Positions 41,614-51,681 of a stretch of DNA of 64,000 nt are shown piece after piece; the stretch's first letter is position 1; the number at the start of each line of letters is the position of its first letter. Location of the stretch: NCBI GenBank assembly GCA_023205875.1, contig CP060755.1:62001-126000 (forward strand), in the 5' to 3' direction. A model generated the notes under the pieces. It was not told where the DNA came from and ran no database searches. It worked only from the letters and a program-made list of their open reading frames with translations. This stretch comes from Chloropicon primus (taxonomy: Eukaryota). The position numbers and the translations under genes are program-made.

Positions 41614-44130
41614 TCACAGCATGTCGGCAGGCTCTTTGACAAAGTTGTATGCGTCCATTCCCTGAGCGAGGAGCGCTTTCTCGACGATCTCCGCGGCCCG
41701 CTTCGCTACTTGCTTGTGCCTCGCGATAACGTGCTGGGCTGAAGTCTTGGAGTAGCTCTTGTCCTCCACGGTGGGAGGGGTCAGGTCTGGGTCCAACTTT
41801 TCCGTTTTCTTGGTGCTCGTGGATAAGGTCTCATCGAAGGCGGCCCCGAATTCATCGCCGCCCATGAATTCCAAGGCCATCGCAGCCTTGTGCATTTTGT
41901 TGAGCTTCTTCCAGGCCTTTTTCCTCTTCTTCGCTTCCTCGGCACGGTGCCTCTCCTTCCTGGCCTCCTTCTCGGCCTTGGTGTCGAATTGGCCGCGCTC
42001 CTTGGCCTTCTGCACTTCGGCGGCCTTGAGCCTGAAAGCGAGAGTGTCCCCGACCTTGAAGGTGCACTTCTTGTCAAAGTTGGGCCTCGTGGGGCGAACC
42101 TTTCCCCTCTTGCTCATGTAGGGCCACCGAAGCTCCTTCTGATCATTCGCATCCATTTCGATGTCTTGAAGGATGGACTTGAGCCTCTTCTCCATTCTTT
42201 TCTGGTTCGCCTCAGCTTCCTCTTTCGTCCGGCCGCCCAAAACAAACTCTTTGACGATCGTCCGCTTCAGCTGGTTGCTCGCCTTCGCTTGAGAGAGCCT
42301 CTCCTCGAACTCCTGGTGCAACTTCTTGTAGTCTGGGATCTGGCCATTGCTCGACGGGACTTTCTTGGCCGGGCTCTTCAGAACCTTGGAGGCCTTCGCC
42401 CTCGGGATGGGATTGAAGTCATTCAGTCCGATCTCCATCCGCGGGGGCATCTTGCTCTCCGCAAGAAGCTTTCTCGACCTCTCCTCCACCTTGCTTGCCC
42501 TCCGTTGCTTCTCCACCTGCAGGAGCTCGTACCTTGGCTCGTACGTGGAGGCAGGGACGGCATTCGCTCGGAAAGTTTTCACCTTCGTCTTTGCCTCCTG
42601 AGCTTCCCTGATCTTCTTTTGCTTGATTTCTTGCCTCTTCTTGTCGACCAGGTCAAAGGCGAAGGGCTTCATCATCTCCTTTTGCTTGTTCCGGTGAGCC
42701 TCGTGCTTCATCATTCGAAGAGTCTCTTGTTCCTTGATCATGTTGTTGTACCTTGCTTCCAGCACAGACTTCGGAATTTTCTTTGCCTTGAACACGTTAG
42801 CCTTCTTCTTGCCCGCCTCGTCAGCTTCCTTGATCAGCAGATCTTGCTCCATCTTCACCGTCGATATCGGCTTAGTCTTTGCCCTCTCGGCGTCCCTCTC
42901 CAGAAAGGAGAACGGCTTGGGCCTCGTCATGATGGGTTTCCACTCATCGCGCTTCGACGAACCTGTGCTGTCAAAAGCTTCGCTCGACAAAACGGTCGTA
43001 GCTCTGCTCACTGGAGCTGACATAGGCCTTGCGCCGAAGGACACCTTCCTCTTTCCCTTGACGTCCGGGGTCACGGCTTCGGGGTCCGATTTGGGCAACT
43101 CCACGTCCGTGTCAGCTTCATCGGCGCTGTCCTCGAAGTCTGAAGTCGTGCCAGGAATCCCAGGAATGACGATCTTTGTCGGAGACTCAGAATAGGATGT
43201 CGAGGGTCGGTCCTCTGAGAACTCCGCAGCGAAGCTCACCGACCTGCTCGAGACATCTATCGATGGAGTGACCTCTGGGCTCGCGGGGACCGTAACCTCG
43301 TTCCAGAAGTCTTTGAAGTCTTCGCTCTTCTTCAGGACGCCGATTCCAGATTGGAGCTGGAGGATCTTGGCTTCGAGGCGCTGAATTGTCTGCCAGTCCT
43401 CCTCCGCTGACCTCGAGGTGCTGCCTTCCTCGTTGCTGCTGCGCTTGTTGGGGGTGAGGCTCTCTTGGGCCTCGCTCAACTCCTCCGCGTCCCTTTCCAT
43501 CATGTCGATCTTCTCGCCAATTCTCTGCCGCTCGGAGTCTCTGTCTCCCTCGCCCCGCAGGAGGTCGAGGTCGCCCAGGCTCTTGCTCAGCAAGCTCCTT
43601 CTTTTCTTCTTCCTCTTTGGCCTCCTCTTCACCGAGCGAGGCGAAAGCAGGGACTCTTCGATGGACTGGCGAAGAATCTCGTCCTGCTCCTTCGTTCTCA
43701 GGTAATGTGCCGATGCTATCGCCGGGTGAGCCGTGTCGAAGCTGAACGTAGAAGGCGCCAATCCTTTCCTTCCCGCTCTCCTCGCCCTTGCCTCCTTCCA
43801 CGACTCGTCCGGAGAGAAGCCCGAGGAAGTGCTCTGCACGTTGAACATCGAAGGCACCGCGAACTCTTTGATTTGTACCGGGCGTTGGTCCTCGCTCTCC
43901 TGTCCCGGTTCGGCATTCTCGATCTCGGAGGCGTCTTGAACTTCGGACACCGGCTCTCGCGTCGCCTCGTTTCCCCCTTCTCCTTCGTCGTCCTCGACCT
44001 CCTTGAGGATTACTGTCACCACCTTGTCGTTCTCGGCCGCTCTCGCCTTCCTCGCCGCAAGTTTCGCGACCTGTCCTCCCCCAAGCGCCCTCGCGGCCTC
44101 CTCCTCGAACTTGTCCAAATTCCCCTCCAT
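41614..44130 (-). CDS. FAM161: FAM161/UPF0564 family centriolar/ciliary microtubule-binding protein
   Basis: T.PKPFSF..R, FKAKKIP, PFAF, FRANAVP, IPDYKKLH..F, T.VKEF.L motif series. Confidence 0.78.
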   Translation of the reverse strand: MEGNLDKFEEEAARALGGGQVAKLAARKARAAENDKVVTVILKEVEDDEGEGGNEATREPVSEVQDASEIENAEPGQESEDQRPVQIKEFAVPSMFNVQSTSSGFSPDESWKEARARRAGRKGLAPSTFSFDTAHPAIASAHYLRTKEQDEILRQSIEESLLSPRSVKRRPKRKKKRRSLLSKSLGDLDLLRGEGDRDSERQRIGEKIDMMERDAEELSEAQESLTPNKRSSNEEGSTSRSAEEDWQTIQRLEAKILQLQSGIGVLKKSEDFKDFWNEVTVPASPEVTPSIDVSSRSVSFAAEFSEDRPSTSYSESPTKIVIPGIPGTTSDFEDSADEADTDVELPKSDPEAVTPDVKGKRKVSFGARPMSAPVSRATTVLSSEAFDSTGSSKRDEWKPIMTRPKPFSFLERDAERAKTKPISTVKMEQDLLIKEADEAGKKKANVFKAKKIPKSVLEARYNNMIKEQETLRMMKHEAHRNKQKEMMKPFAFDLVDKKRQEIKQKKIREAQEAKTKVKTFRANAVPASTYEPRYELLQVEKQRRASKVEERSRKLLAESKMPPRMEIGLNDFNPIPRAKASKVLKSPAKKVPSSNGQIPDYKKLHQEFEERLSQAKASNQLKRTIVKEFVLGGRTKEEAEANQKRMEKRLKSILQDIEMDANDQKELRWPYMSKRGKVRPTRPNFDKKCTFKVGDTLAFRLKAAEVQKAKERGQFDTKAEKEARKERHRAEEAKKRKKAWKKLNKMHKAAMALEFMGGDEFGAAFDETLSTSTKKTEKLDPDLTPPTVEDKSYSKTSAQHVIARHKQVAKRAAEIVEKALLAQGMDAYNFVKEPADML

Positions 44131-44426
44131 TCTCCACAACCCAGAGAGAGTGCGCTCTGTTCACGATCGATCGGTCGTCGTCTCGTTGGAAGGACTTCAG
44201 TTCAGTTCAGTTCCGCTCCTCCCTCTGTCGCTCCTTCCCCTTTCCTTTCCTTTTCTTCAACGTTCGAATTGTTCTTGCTCGGGTCCATCTTGGGTGCAAA
44301 TTTATGTTACACTCCAAGATGCAATCTTGGAAGCTTTTCTTTTTGAAGCTTTGGCTTTGTCTGTCTGTCTGTCTCGAAGGAAGCCGAGAGGGAAGGAAGG
44401 AAGCCGAGGGAGAGGAGAAGAATGGT

Positions 44427-47400
44427 ATGAGATTGGGCACCATGGGAAAGGGAAGGAGGAAGGGGGCAGAAACGTGGGCCTGGACCTGGAAGCTCCTGGT
44501 TTTGGGGCTTGTCCTTCTCCAAGAATCCTTCACAGGGACACAGGCGGCCCAGACTTCACAGCAGCAGTACAACACGTACACGTTGGACGACAGCACTTTG
44601 CGAGTGAAGACTTTCGCGGACTTTGAGGAGACGGCCTTGTCGCCCGTCGAGATCCAATTCCTTCAGCAGTGGTTGGTACCCCAAGCCCTCGACTGGTTCG
44701 TGAAGCGCTTCCAAATCAGAAAGCCTGTAGTGGGTAACGTGAAGTTGCAGAGGAGTTGCCTGCAGAGCGTCCGGTGGGGGTACGCCAAAGTCGGGCAAGT
44801 CGTCAATGCGTCGTCAAGCTTTGAGACTTGCCTGGAATACGACGACGGCCAGTGCGGGTCAGCAACGATCCCGAAAACACACTTTTCTTCGCAGGTGTAC
44901 TGCTCGAGCGACTCCCCCCTGGATTGCCAGACTACCGAGCACGGGGACGGGGTGGAGGATGCGGATGTCCTTTTGTACTTGACGTCAAAGAACTCGCCGA
45001 CGTGCTCGCTCATCCCGACCTCGCCTTCTCACGGCGAATACTGCAAAACCGACCAGTTCGGTCGCCCCATTGCGTTGAACTTGAACTTCTGCCCAGGAAC
45101 CTTCACGACTTCTTTGGCTGAGAGGTCGAGGTTGCTGACGGCGACCATCCGAGCGATTCTCCACGCCCTAGTCTTCGACAAGAGGCTAGTTGGTAGCTTC
45201 ACGGACTTTCGCACGGGACAACCTTGGTCCAACCCGATCGAGGAGAGCTACGGACTCGGAAGGAAGACTGTCCTGTTGAAGACTGCGGCAGCGACGGAGG
45301 CGGCGAGGTCTCACTTTGGATGCACCGACCTCCCCGGCTTAGAGCTGGAGAATTCCAACAAGTACAGCAACATGATGCTCCTCGAGGAAAGGATCTTCCA
45401 CGGGGAAGCCATGTCCTCCGGCGCCCTGAAGACGAGAGATGGATTAGTCTTCTCTGACCTCACGTACTCGGTTGTCGAGGACACCGGTTGGTTCGTGAGG
45501 TCGCTGAACGTTGCTTTCAACCCAGCGACGCAGCGTTTCGGGCGCTCAGGGGGATGCATATTTGCCACGGGCTCGTGCGATACGGCTCCCTCGGCCGGCT
45601 TGTTCCAAGCTGACCCCGAGAATCTCCACCAAGATTTTTGCTCGGTCGACAACAAAGTGCTGCGAAATTCGCAGACGGTTGACAGCACCCTCATCGACGG
45701 CCTCACTCTCGGGGCTTGCACGTACGACCAGAGAAACGTGGGCCTTTGCAAGGCCGCGGACGACATGGATTCATGCAAAGTTGTTGTGCCAGACCAGATC
45801 AGCTGCTCCTCGTCTGTTGACGCCAGGGACGTCTCCTCGGGAATATACCACGAGATGCAGAAGCGAGGGTGGACCTTTGGAAAGAACGCGGGGGGCTGCA
45901 TCACGAGCACCTTGCACCGGCGAATCTACCAAAACAGTTCCTTGATGTGGACGCCAAGCGGATCGGAGTGCCATGAGATGAAGTGCGTCCGCGAGAGAGA
46001 AAGCGGCAAAACAGAATTCACCTCGAACTTGTACGTCAAGATTCAAAACAGCGATGGGGCGTCTGCGTCTTGGGTGCGGTGCCCCTCGGGGCAGAGCTTG
46101 GAGCTGAAGGATCTTGGTTTCCTGGCGGGCGCTCTCTATTGCCCGGAAAATGCTGAAGTTTGCTCCAAACTTCCGGACGCCGGCTGCGTCAACGGGTGCA
46201 GTGGTCAGGGAAGCTGCGTGAACTCCAAGTGCCAGTGCTTCGCTGGGTATGGTGGGGCGGATTGCGGGCAGATAACAAGGTGCTGGCAGACTTCAGATTG
46301 TGGGGAGAATGGGATATGCGACCAGGACACTTCTACGTGCATCTACCTTGCTCCTCCCTCCCCCCCCCCACCTCCCCCCCCACCCGTCGTGGTGCAACCT
46401 CCCCCGCCTGCAGCTCCAGCTGGCGAAGTCCGAGGGAAGGCGCACGTTCTGGGGTGGCTGAGCAACTGCCTCGTCTTTATTGACCGCAATGGAAACGGTG
46501 AGCACGACTCCGCGAGCGAGCCCTCTTCCGTGACGGACTCCACAGGTCTCTACATCCTCAAGCACGGTCCGAACTGGTCTGGGGACCCGCTCTTCATAGA
46601 CGAAGAGTTCGACAGGGATGTAGCGAAACTCGTGGTGAAGGCTGGCAGCGACTGTGTCGACACGAGCACGGGTCTCGCTCTGGGTCAAGACATTGCCAGC
46701 GGACTCTTTGAGGGAAGAATTTCACCCTCCGGAGAGCTGTCGCTGCACATGGAGGACCTCGTTGGGAGCAACGCAAGCACTTCGGCAGTTTTGCTCGCGG
46801 TCGCGGGAATTGCAGATTCTTCTGCCGGGATGCTAAAGGATGCAGTGGAGATCGCGACCAACCTACCGGGGTCGAACAATCGCCGTGCCTTCCTTCAGCT
46901 CGCGCTGGAGAGCCACGTTCACACCACTGTGAGCCTTGCAAGCACATTCTTGCTGGGCAAAACCCAGACCCCTGCCTCTGGACTCGATATTGTCCGAGAC
47001 CTGGTCTGGTCCAAGATGGCCCGCTTGATTGTGTCGAGAACTGGAGGTTGGCAACGACGTCGTAGTCTCTTGGCAACAGATGGAGAGCTGTCGGCGTTTT
47101 TCAACTCCCGTTCGGAAATTTTGTGGCTGCTGAGGGAAGTCATGGCGGAGACGGACAACACAGAATTCATTCTCTCGACCGCGGTGTCCGACACGATCGC
47201 CAGAATGAACTCCAAGGTAACGGAGGAGGCTTCCAAGTACTACAGCTTTGGCTCAGACGGCGTGGCATTTGAGTACGCGAAGTACGTCAGCATTGCGAAG
47301 CTCCACAAAGTGGGGCACGTGCAAGTGAGGAGCCACATCAGCAACCTCGTGTCCACGCGCGACCTAAGCTCCTATACGATGCGGACGTCAGACAGCGCGA

Positions 47401-47906
47401 TTCGGTCCGAGATCGACGAGACGGAGATTCCGGCCTCGCAAAGGACGACGAGCCAGGCGGCTGGAACGGGCGCGTACGACGACTTGGAGAAGGCGGGGAA
47501 AGAGGCCAGCAAGTCTTGGCTCGATGGAAACCTGGACTTGCTTCTTATTTCTGCGGCATGTGCCCTGGGAGCTATGGCGATGTTTTGGTTGATCCTGATC
47601 TGCGTCGTGAAGAAGAAGAAGCTGAAGGCTCTCAAGAAACTGCCCGAGGATGCGGAGGAGTACTACAAGAGCTTCAAGGCGAAGATCAGGAAGCAGCTTG
47701 GCCACGAGAGCGAGGAGGAAAGGGGGGAGGGCAAGGGGGAGAAGGAGAAGGAGAAGGGGGGAACCGAGGAGGACGCCAAGCACCCTCAAAAGTCGGCACT
47801 CCAGTTGGCCTTCTCGGCGGCCACCACTGCGCCTCCGATGCCAAAAACAGTTTGGAAGAACGACAGCATGAAAGTTGCGGGCGAAGTCTGGATGGAAGAC
47901 CTGTGA
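44427..47906 (+). CDS. Leishmanolysin (M8)-like surface protein with EGF repeats, poly-Pro linker, DxNxN Ca-binding/SdrD-B-like domain and C-terminal TM; catalytic motif degenerate; start could be 44319
   Basis: DADVLLYL, C..DQFGRP...LNFCP, ARSHFGC..L.GLELEN, EAMS, EDTGWF, G...GC.F; CSGQGSCVNSKCQCFAGYGGADC. Confidence 0.85.
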   Translation: MRLGTMGKGRRKGAETWAWTWKLLVLGLVLLQESFTGTQAAQTSQQQYNTYTLDDSTLRVKTFADFEETALSPVEIQFLQQWLVPQALDWFVKRFQIRKPVVGNVKLQRSCLQSVRWGYAKVGQVVNASSSFETCLEYDDGQCGSATIPKTHFSSQVYCSSDSPLDCQTTEHGDGVEDADVLLYLTSKNSPTCSLIPTSPSHGEYCKTDQFGRPIALNLNFCPGTFTTSLAERSRLLTATIRAILHALVFDKRLVGSFTDFRTGQPWSNPIEESYGLGRKTVLLKTAAATEAARSHFGCTDLPGLELENSNKYSNMMLLEERIFHGEAMSSGALKTRDGLVFSDLTYSVVEDTGWFVRSLNVAFNPATQRFGRSGGCIFATGSCDTAPSAGLFQADPENLHQDFCSVDNKVLRNSQTVDSTLIDGLTLGACTYDQRNVGLCKAADDMDSCKVVVPDQISCSSSVDARDVSSGIYHEMQKRGWTFGKNAGGCITSTLHRRIYQNSSLMWTPSGSECHEMKCVRERESGKTEFTSNLYVKIQNSDGASASWVRCPSGQSLELKDLGFLAGALYCPENAEVCSKLPDAGCVNGCSGQGSCVNSKCQCFAGYGGADCGQITRCWQTSDCGENGICDQDTSTCIYLAPPSPPPPPPPPVVVQPPPPAAPAGEVRGKAHVLGWLSNCLVFIDRNGNGEHDSASEPSSVTDSTGLYILKHGPNWSGDPLFIDEEFDRDVAKLVVKAGSDCVDTSTGLALGQDIASGLFEGRISPSGELSLHMEDLVGSNASTSAVLLAVAGIADSSAGMLKDAVEIATNLPGSNNRRAFLQLALESHVHTTVSLASTFLLGKTQTPASGLDIVRDLVWSKMARLIVSRTGGWQRRRSLLATDGELSAFFNSRSEILWLLREVMAETDNTEFILSTAVSDTIARMNSKVTEEASKYYSFGSDGVAFEYAKYVSIAKLHKVGHVQVRSHISNLVSTRDLSSYTMRTSDSAIRSEIDETEIPASQRTTSQAAGTGAYDDLEKAGKEASKSWLDGNLDLLLISAACALGAMAMFWLILICVVKKKKLKALKKLPEDAEEYYKSFKAKIRKQLGHESEEERGEGKGEKEKEKGGTEEDAKHPQKSALQLAFSAATTAPPMPKTVWKNDSMKVAGEVWMEDL

Positions 47907-48035
47907 CGCCCCCGGGCCTCGTTTGCGTGTACACTACTATACATGGATTGTTTTTATATATTGGGGAAGAAATGTAATTGATGAGAACTTTGTTGTACAG
48001 CTGCTGCCAGTCTTTCCTTGGGCAGGACCCCCGTT

Positions 48036-48707
48036 TCAGACCATCCACCAGGGCTTGGAGGCGGCTCTCCCGTACCCATGCCAGTTTCTGCCGTTGCCAG
48101 TCCGTCTAGGAGTCTTCCTCGTGTTCAGAAGCTGCGGCTGTTCTGGTGTCCTCGCCTCTTCGACTGGCGCTTCGCCGGCGAGGAGGGGATCATCGTTCCG
48201 ATCCGCGTCCGCGGCGGGGACCAAGCTGGACCCCGTGGGGGAGTGGGATGCCGCATCATTCTCCGCCACGTCCATGGGATCACTCCGCATGGTGTCCCCG
48301 TGGTCCTCGTTCGCCCTGTAAAGAAGCGACTGGAGCTCGTCCTTTTGCTTGCGCTTGAGATCCTGCAGCTCGGTATCGTGGTGCTGCAGCAAAACCTGGA
48401 GCTTGGTCCCGAAAGAAGATTCGGGGCCCGTGCTGCCCGACGGGGTGTTGTCGAAGGAGTAAGAGCTCGCGTCTTGGACCTCCTTTCTCTTCTGCTTCCT
48501 CCCCGATGGCTTTCCGAGGAGGCCTCCGTTGTCCGACTCCACCCCCGCGAAGCTCACGACGGAAAGATTTTTCCTTAAGTCCATTAGTCCCTTCAGGCTC
48601 GAGTTCGACTCGCGGGACTCCATCAGACTGAAGCGGCTTCCCTTCCTCTTCCTCTTCGCCTTCTGGACCCTCCTGGACAAGTTTCGAACGAGGCCCGCGG
48701 TCTTCAT
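48036..48707 (-). CDS. Hypothetical low-complexity protein
   Basis: 223-aa ORF with host-like codons, converging on the previous gene; no family recognised. Confidence 0.55.
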   Translation of the reverse strand: MKTAGLVRNLSRRVQKAKRKRKGSRFSLMESRESNSSLKGLMDLRKNLSVVSFAGVESDNGGLLGKPSGRKQKRKEVQDASSYSFDNTPSGSTGPESSFGTKLQVLLQHHDTELQDLKRKQKDELQSLLYRANEDHGDTMRSDPMDVAENDAASHSPTGSSLVPAADADRNDDPLLAGEAPVEEARTPEQPQLLNTRKTPRRTGNGRNWHGYGRAASKPWWMV

Positions 48708-49058
48708 GATGGCGACGGTCTCTCCCTCCTCCCTCTCCTCCTCTGCCGCCTCGACCCTCCACTTGGGCGAGGGCTCGAGTCGGGACAGGCGCGTCAGACT
48801 CGAGACGCACTCGCCCTCCTCGATCGTCGCGTGGCGAAGGAATACTACCGGCCGCGCCTTCTCCTTCACGCGTCTCGCCCCTCCCGTCGTCGTGTTCCAG
48901 AACGTCAGTCGCATTCTCCACCGCCAGGAACAAAGTGAGCGCCGCGGGTTGGACCCAAACCAACCTCACAATTGATCGATCGATCGGTATATCGATATCG
49001 GTCGACCGACTCCCAAGGCCTCGTCCGGTCTCCCCCGCTGAGCACACCCAGACACCCA

Positions 49059-49059
49059 G

Positions 49060-49090
<31 letters not shown>

Positions 49091-49112
49091 CTCTCTCTCT
49101 CTCTCTCTCTCT
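49059..49112. repeat. Compound (CA)n(CT)n microsatellite
   Basis: Seen directly. Confidence 0.9.
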
Positions 49113-49416
49113 CGGATTACTCGCCCCCCACCCGCTCGCACGCAGGATTAGGATCGTGGGACTGCGGACTCCCTGTGCAGTGGCGTGCGCCTCGCCTCCG
49201 ATCGCCGATCGCCGACCGATCGCCGCTCCCTCCCTTTCCCGATCGATCGCGATCGCGATCGCTCCCTCCTGCGTTCTGTTCCGATCGATCGGATTGATCG
49301 GGATCTCGTTATCTTATCTAGAGGAGGGGAGGCAGATCTTGAGGAGCGGAGGCGATCGACTCGGAGTGAGTGATCAGTGTCTTTGGACGAGACATAACAC
49401 TTGTTGAGGGAGGACA

Positions 49417-50337
49417 ATGTTGACGAGAACGTGGAGGGCGAGGACGTCGATCGTAGGGAGGGGAGCGACAACGACGACGACGGCGAGGACGGTGACGTCG
49501 TCTTGTGCGGGCTTGGGTTTGGGAAGGAGGGCGAACTTGGGTCAGGCCAGGCCAACGGGAAACGGACGGACGAGGACGTTCGGCAGCAGCAAGAGAGCGG
49601 AGGCGGCGAGAAACCAGACAGCCATGTCCGCGCAGCTCTCCCAGGACGAGCTGAAGAAGCAGGCGGCGTGGAAGGCCGTGGAGTACGTCAAGAGCGGCAT
49701 GAAGGTGGGGCTCGGGACGGGATCCACCGCGGCCTTTGCCGTGGAGAGGATCGGCGAGCTTCTTGCCAACGGGACTTTGAAGGACATTATCTGCGTCCCG
49801 ACCTCCACGAGGACCCAGGAGCAGGCCACGAGCTTGAGCATCCCCCTGGCCACCCTCGATGAGGTCCCCAAGCTCGACGTCGCCATCGACGGCGCGGACG
49901 AGGTCGATCCTGCCCTGAACGTGGTCAAGGGCCGAGGCGGTGCCCTCCTTCGCGAGAAGATGGTGGAGATGGCCTCCGACACCTTCGTGTGCATCGTGGA
50001 CGAGACCAAGCTGGTGGACGGCCTCGGCGGAAGCAAGCTCGCCATGCCGGTGGAGATCGTGCAGTTCTGCTGGAAGTACAACCTCGAGAGGCTGAAGAAC
50101 TTGCCCGAGGTGGCGGGCTGCGAGGCCAAGCTGAGAATGGAGGGCGACTCCCCGTACGTCACGGACAACTCGAACTATATCGTCGACCTCTACTTCGATA
50201 ACCCTATCAAGGACTCGTACGCGGCGGCCAAGGCCATCTCGGACCTCGAGGGGGTCGTCGACCACGGACTCTTCTTGGACATGGTCACCACCTGCATCAT
50301 CGCTGGGTCCGACGGCGTCGTCGTGAAGGAGAAGTGA
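49417..50337 (+). CDS. rpiA: Ribose-5-phosphate isomerase A, plastid
   Basis: Transit peptide; GLGTGST, IDGADEVD, KGRGGALLREK, VTDNSNY, GVVDHGLF. Confidence 0.97.
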   Translation: MLTRTWRARTSIVGRGATTTTTARTVTSSCAGLGLGRRANLGQARPTGNGRTRTFGSSKRAEAARNQTAMSAQLSQDELKKQAAWKAVEYVKSGMKVGLGTGSTAAFAVERIGELLANGTLKDIICVPTSTRTQEQATSLSIPLATLDEVPKLDVAIDGADEVDPALNVVKGRGGALLREKMVEMASDTFVCIVDETKLVDGLGGSKLAMPVEIVQFCWKYNLERLKNLPEVAGCEAKLRMEGDSPYVTDNSNYIVDLYFDNPIKDSYAAAKAISDLEGVVDHGLFLDMVTTCIIAGSDGVVVKEK

Positions 50338-50434
50338 GGAGAGAGAGCTAATAAAGGAGGGAAGAGTTGTATCTCGTTGATAGGTTTCAGCTTTCGTTAC
50401 ACTTGACTTGCTGGGTTGGGTTGGACCGACTCGG

Positions 50435-51362
50435 TCACTCGTCGCCTCCAAAAGTGGGGCCGTTCACCTTTCTCGCGTCGTTCATATTCGACTTGAAGCT
50501 CTCTCCGCTTATGTTACAGTCCAAGTCATACAAGGGGAGGCCCGAGTTCTTCAGGGTTCGCTTGCACGACCCAATCTTTGTTCTGTCAATCTGCTCGGAC
50601 TTCTCGTTGTACTTTTCGTAGAAAAAAGACCCGTCCGCGGTGACCACGTACCCGTCCAGGGAGTCTGCGTTTGGCGTGGCCATGGGGTCCAGGGTCTCGT
50701 ACCCGATGTTTCCCTCGCCGTCCACAACGAAGCGCCTGCCCTGCTCATCGACGCCCTCGTAGAAGTTTCCCAAGTCACCCCGCTGAATCGCGGTCCACGC
50801 TTCCTCCTCTGCAGTAGGGGAATCAGGAACCAAAACCAAAAGAAGCGAGCGAGCACGCAAGAGTCAGTCGTCTCTCTGTCTCCCGAACCTCCTCGCCCGA
50901 GGCAACCGGAGGAAGGAGAGCCACCAAGGCCAGCGCACTCACCGAGGTCGTACTCCTCTTCCCCGAATATCCAGTTCAGAAGAAGGGCTCCACCTCCCAC
51001 AATCCCTGCACCAAGAAGGAGCCTCCTGTTCCCGTTCGGTCCGCGTCCACCCCCCGGCATCTGGGCCCACCCAACGAGTGTCGGACAAGAAACGCAAGAG
51101 TTGGAAGAAAGAATTCGTCGTTCTCTCCCCGTCAGTTCAGCCACCCCACACCTCGAAAACAAACAAACGCGAAACGCAATCCACCCCAAGCCACGTGGCA
51201 CCTCTGTCCCGACCCCGAGGCATCGAAGCACAACCACCTTACCTTCCACCTCCTCCCTTGGCTGTACGCGAGCGGCGTCTGCCTCTGCTGCCCCCCTCTT
51301 GCCGCCTCCGTCCTCACCCTCTCCCCCCTTCCCCTCCTCGTCAAGCGCACCCTCATCCTCAT
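50435..51362 (-). CDS. Uncharacterised, probably plastid/thylakoid protein; exons 51243-51362, 50943-51060, 50435-50808
   Basis: Frame-preserving GTAAGG..CAG and GTGAGT..CAG introns; Arg-rich leader, RRLLLGAG hydrophobic segment, acidic beta-rich domain. Confidence 0.65.
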
Positions 51363-51681
51363 CCTCTCCTCCGCTGCCGTCAGGCGCACTTTTTTGAAGC
51401 CAAGCCGTTGAACCGAATATCGTATAAGTCCAAGGCCAAAGGCGAAGGCGAAGGCGAAGGCGAAGGCGGTCGCTGGGTTGGACCAGGAGGAGGCCGCTCC
51501 AAGAGACTGAACGGAACTGGCTGGAGGAAAATGAAGCCAGGACTGGAGGACAAAAGACCAGCCAAGTGTTGAACCAAGGAAGGTTTGGTTTGGTTTGGTT
51601 TGGTTTGGTCTAGAACTTGAAGGGGTCTGGTCTGGTCTGGTGGACAGTTAACTGGACAGGACAGAGAGGGTGCTCGGCAGA

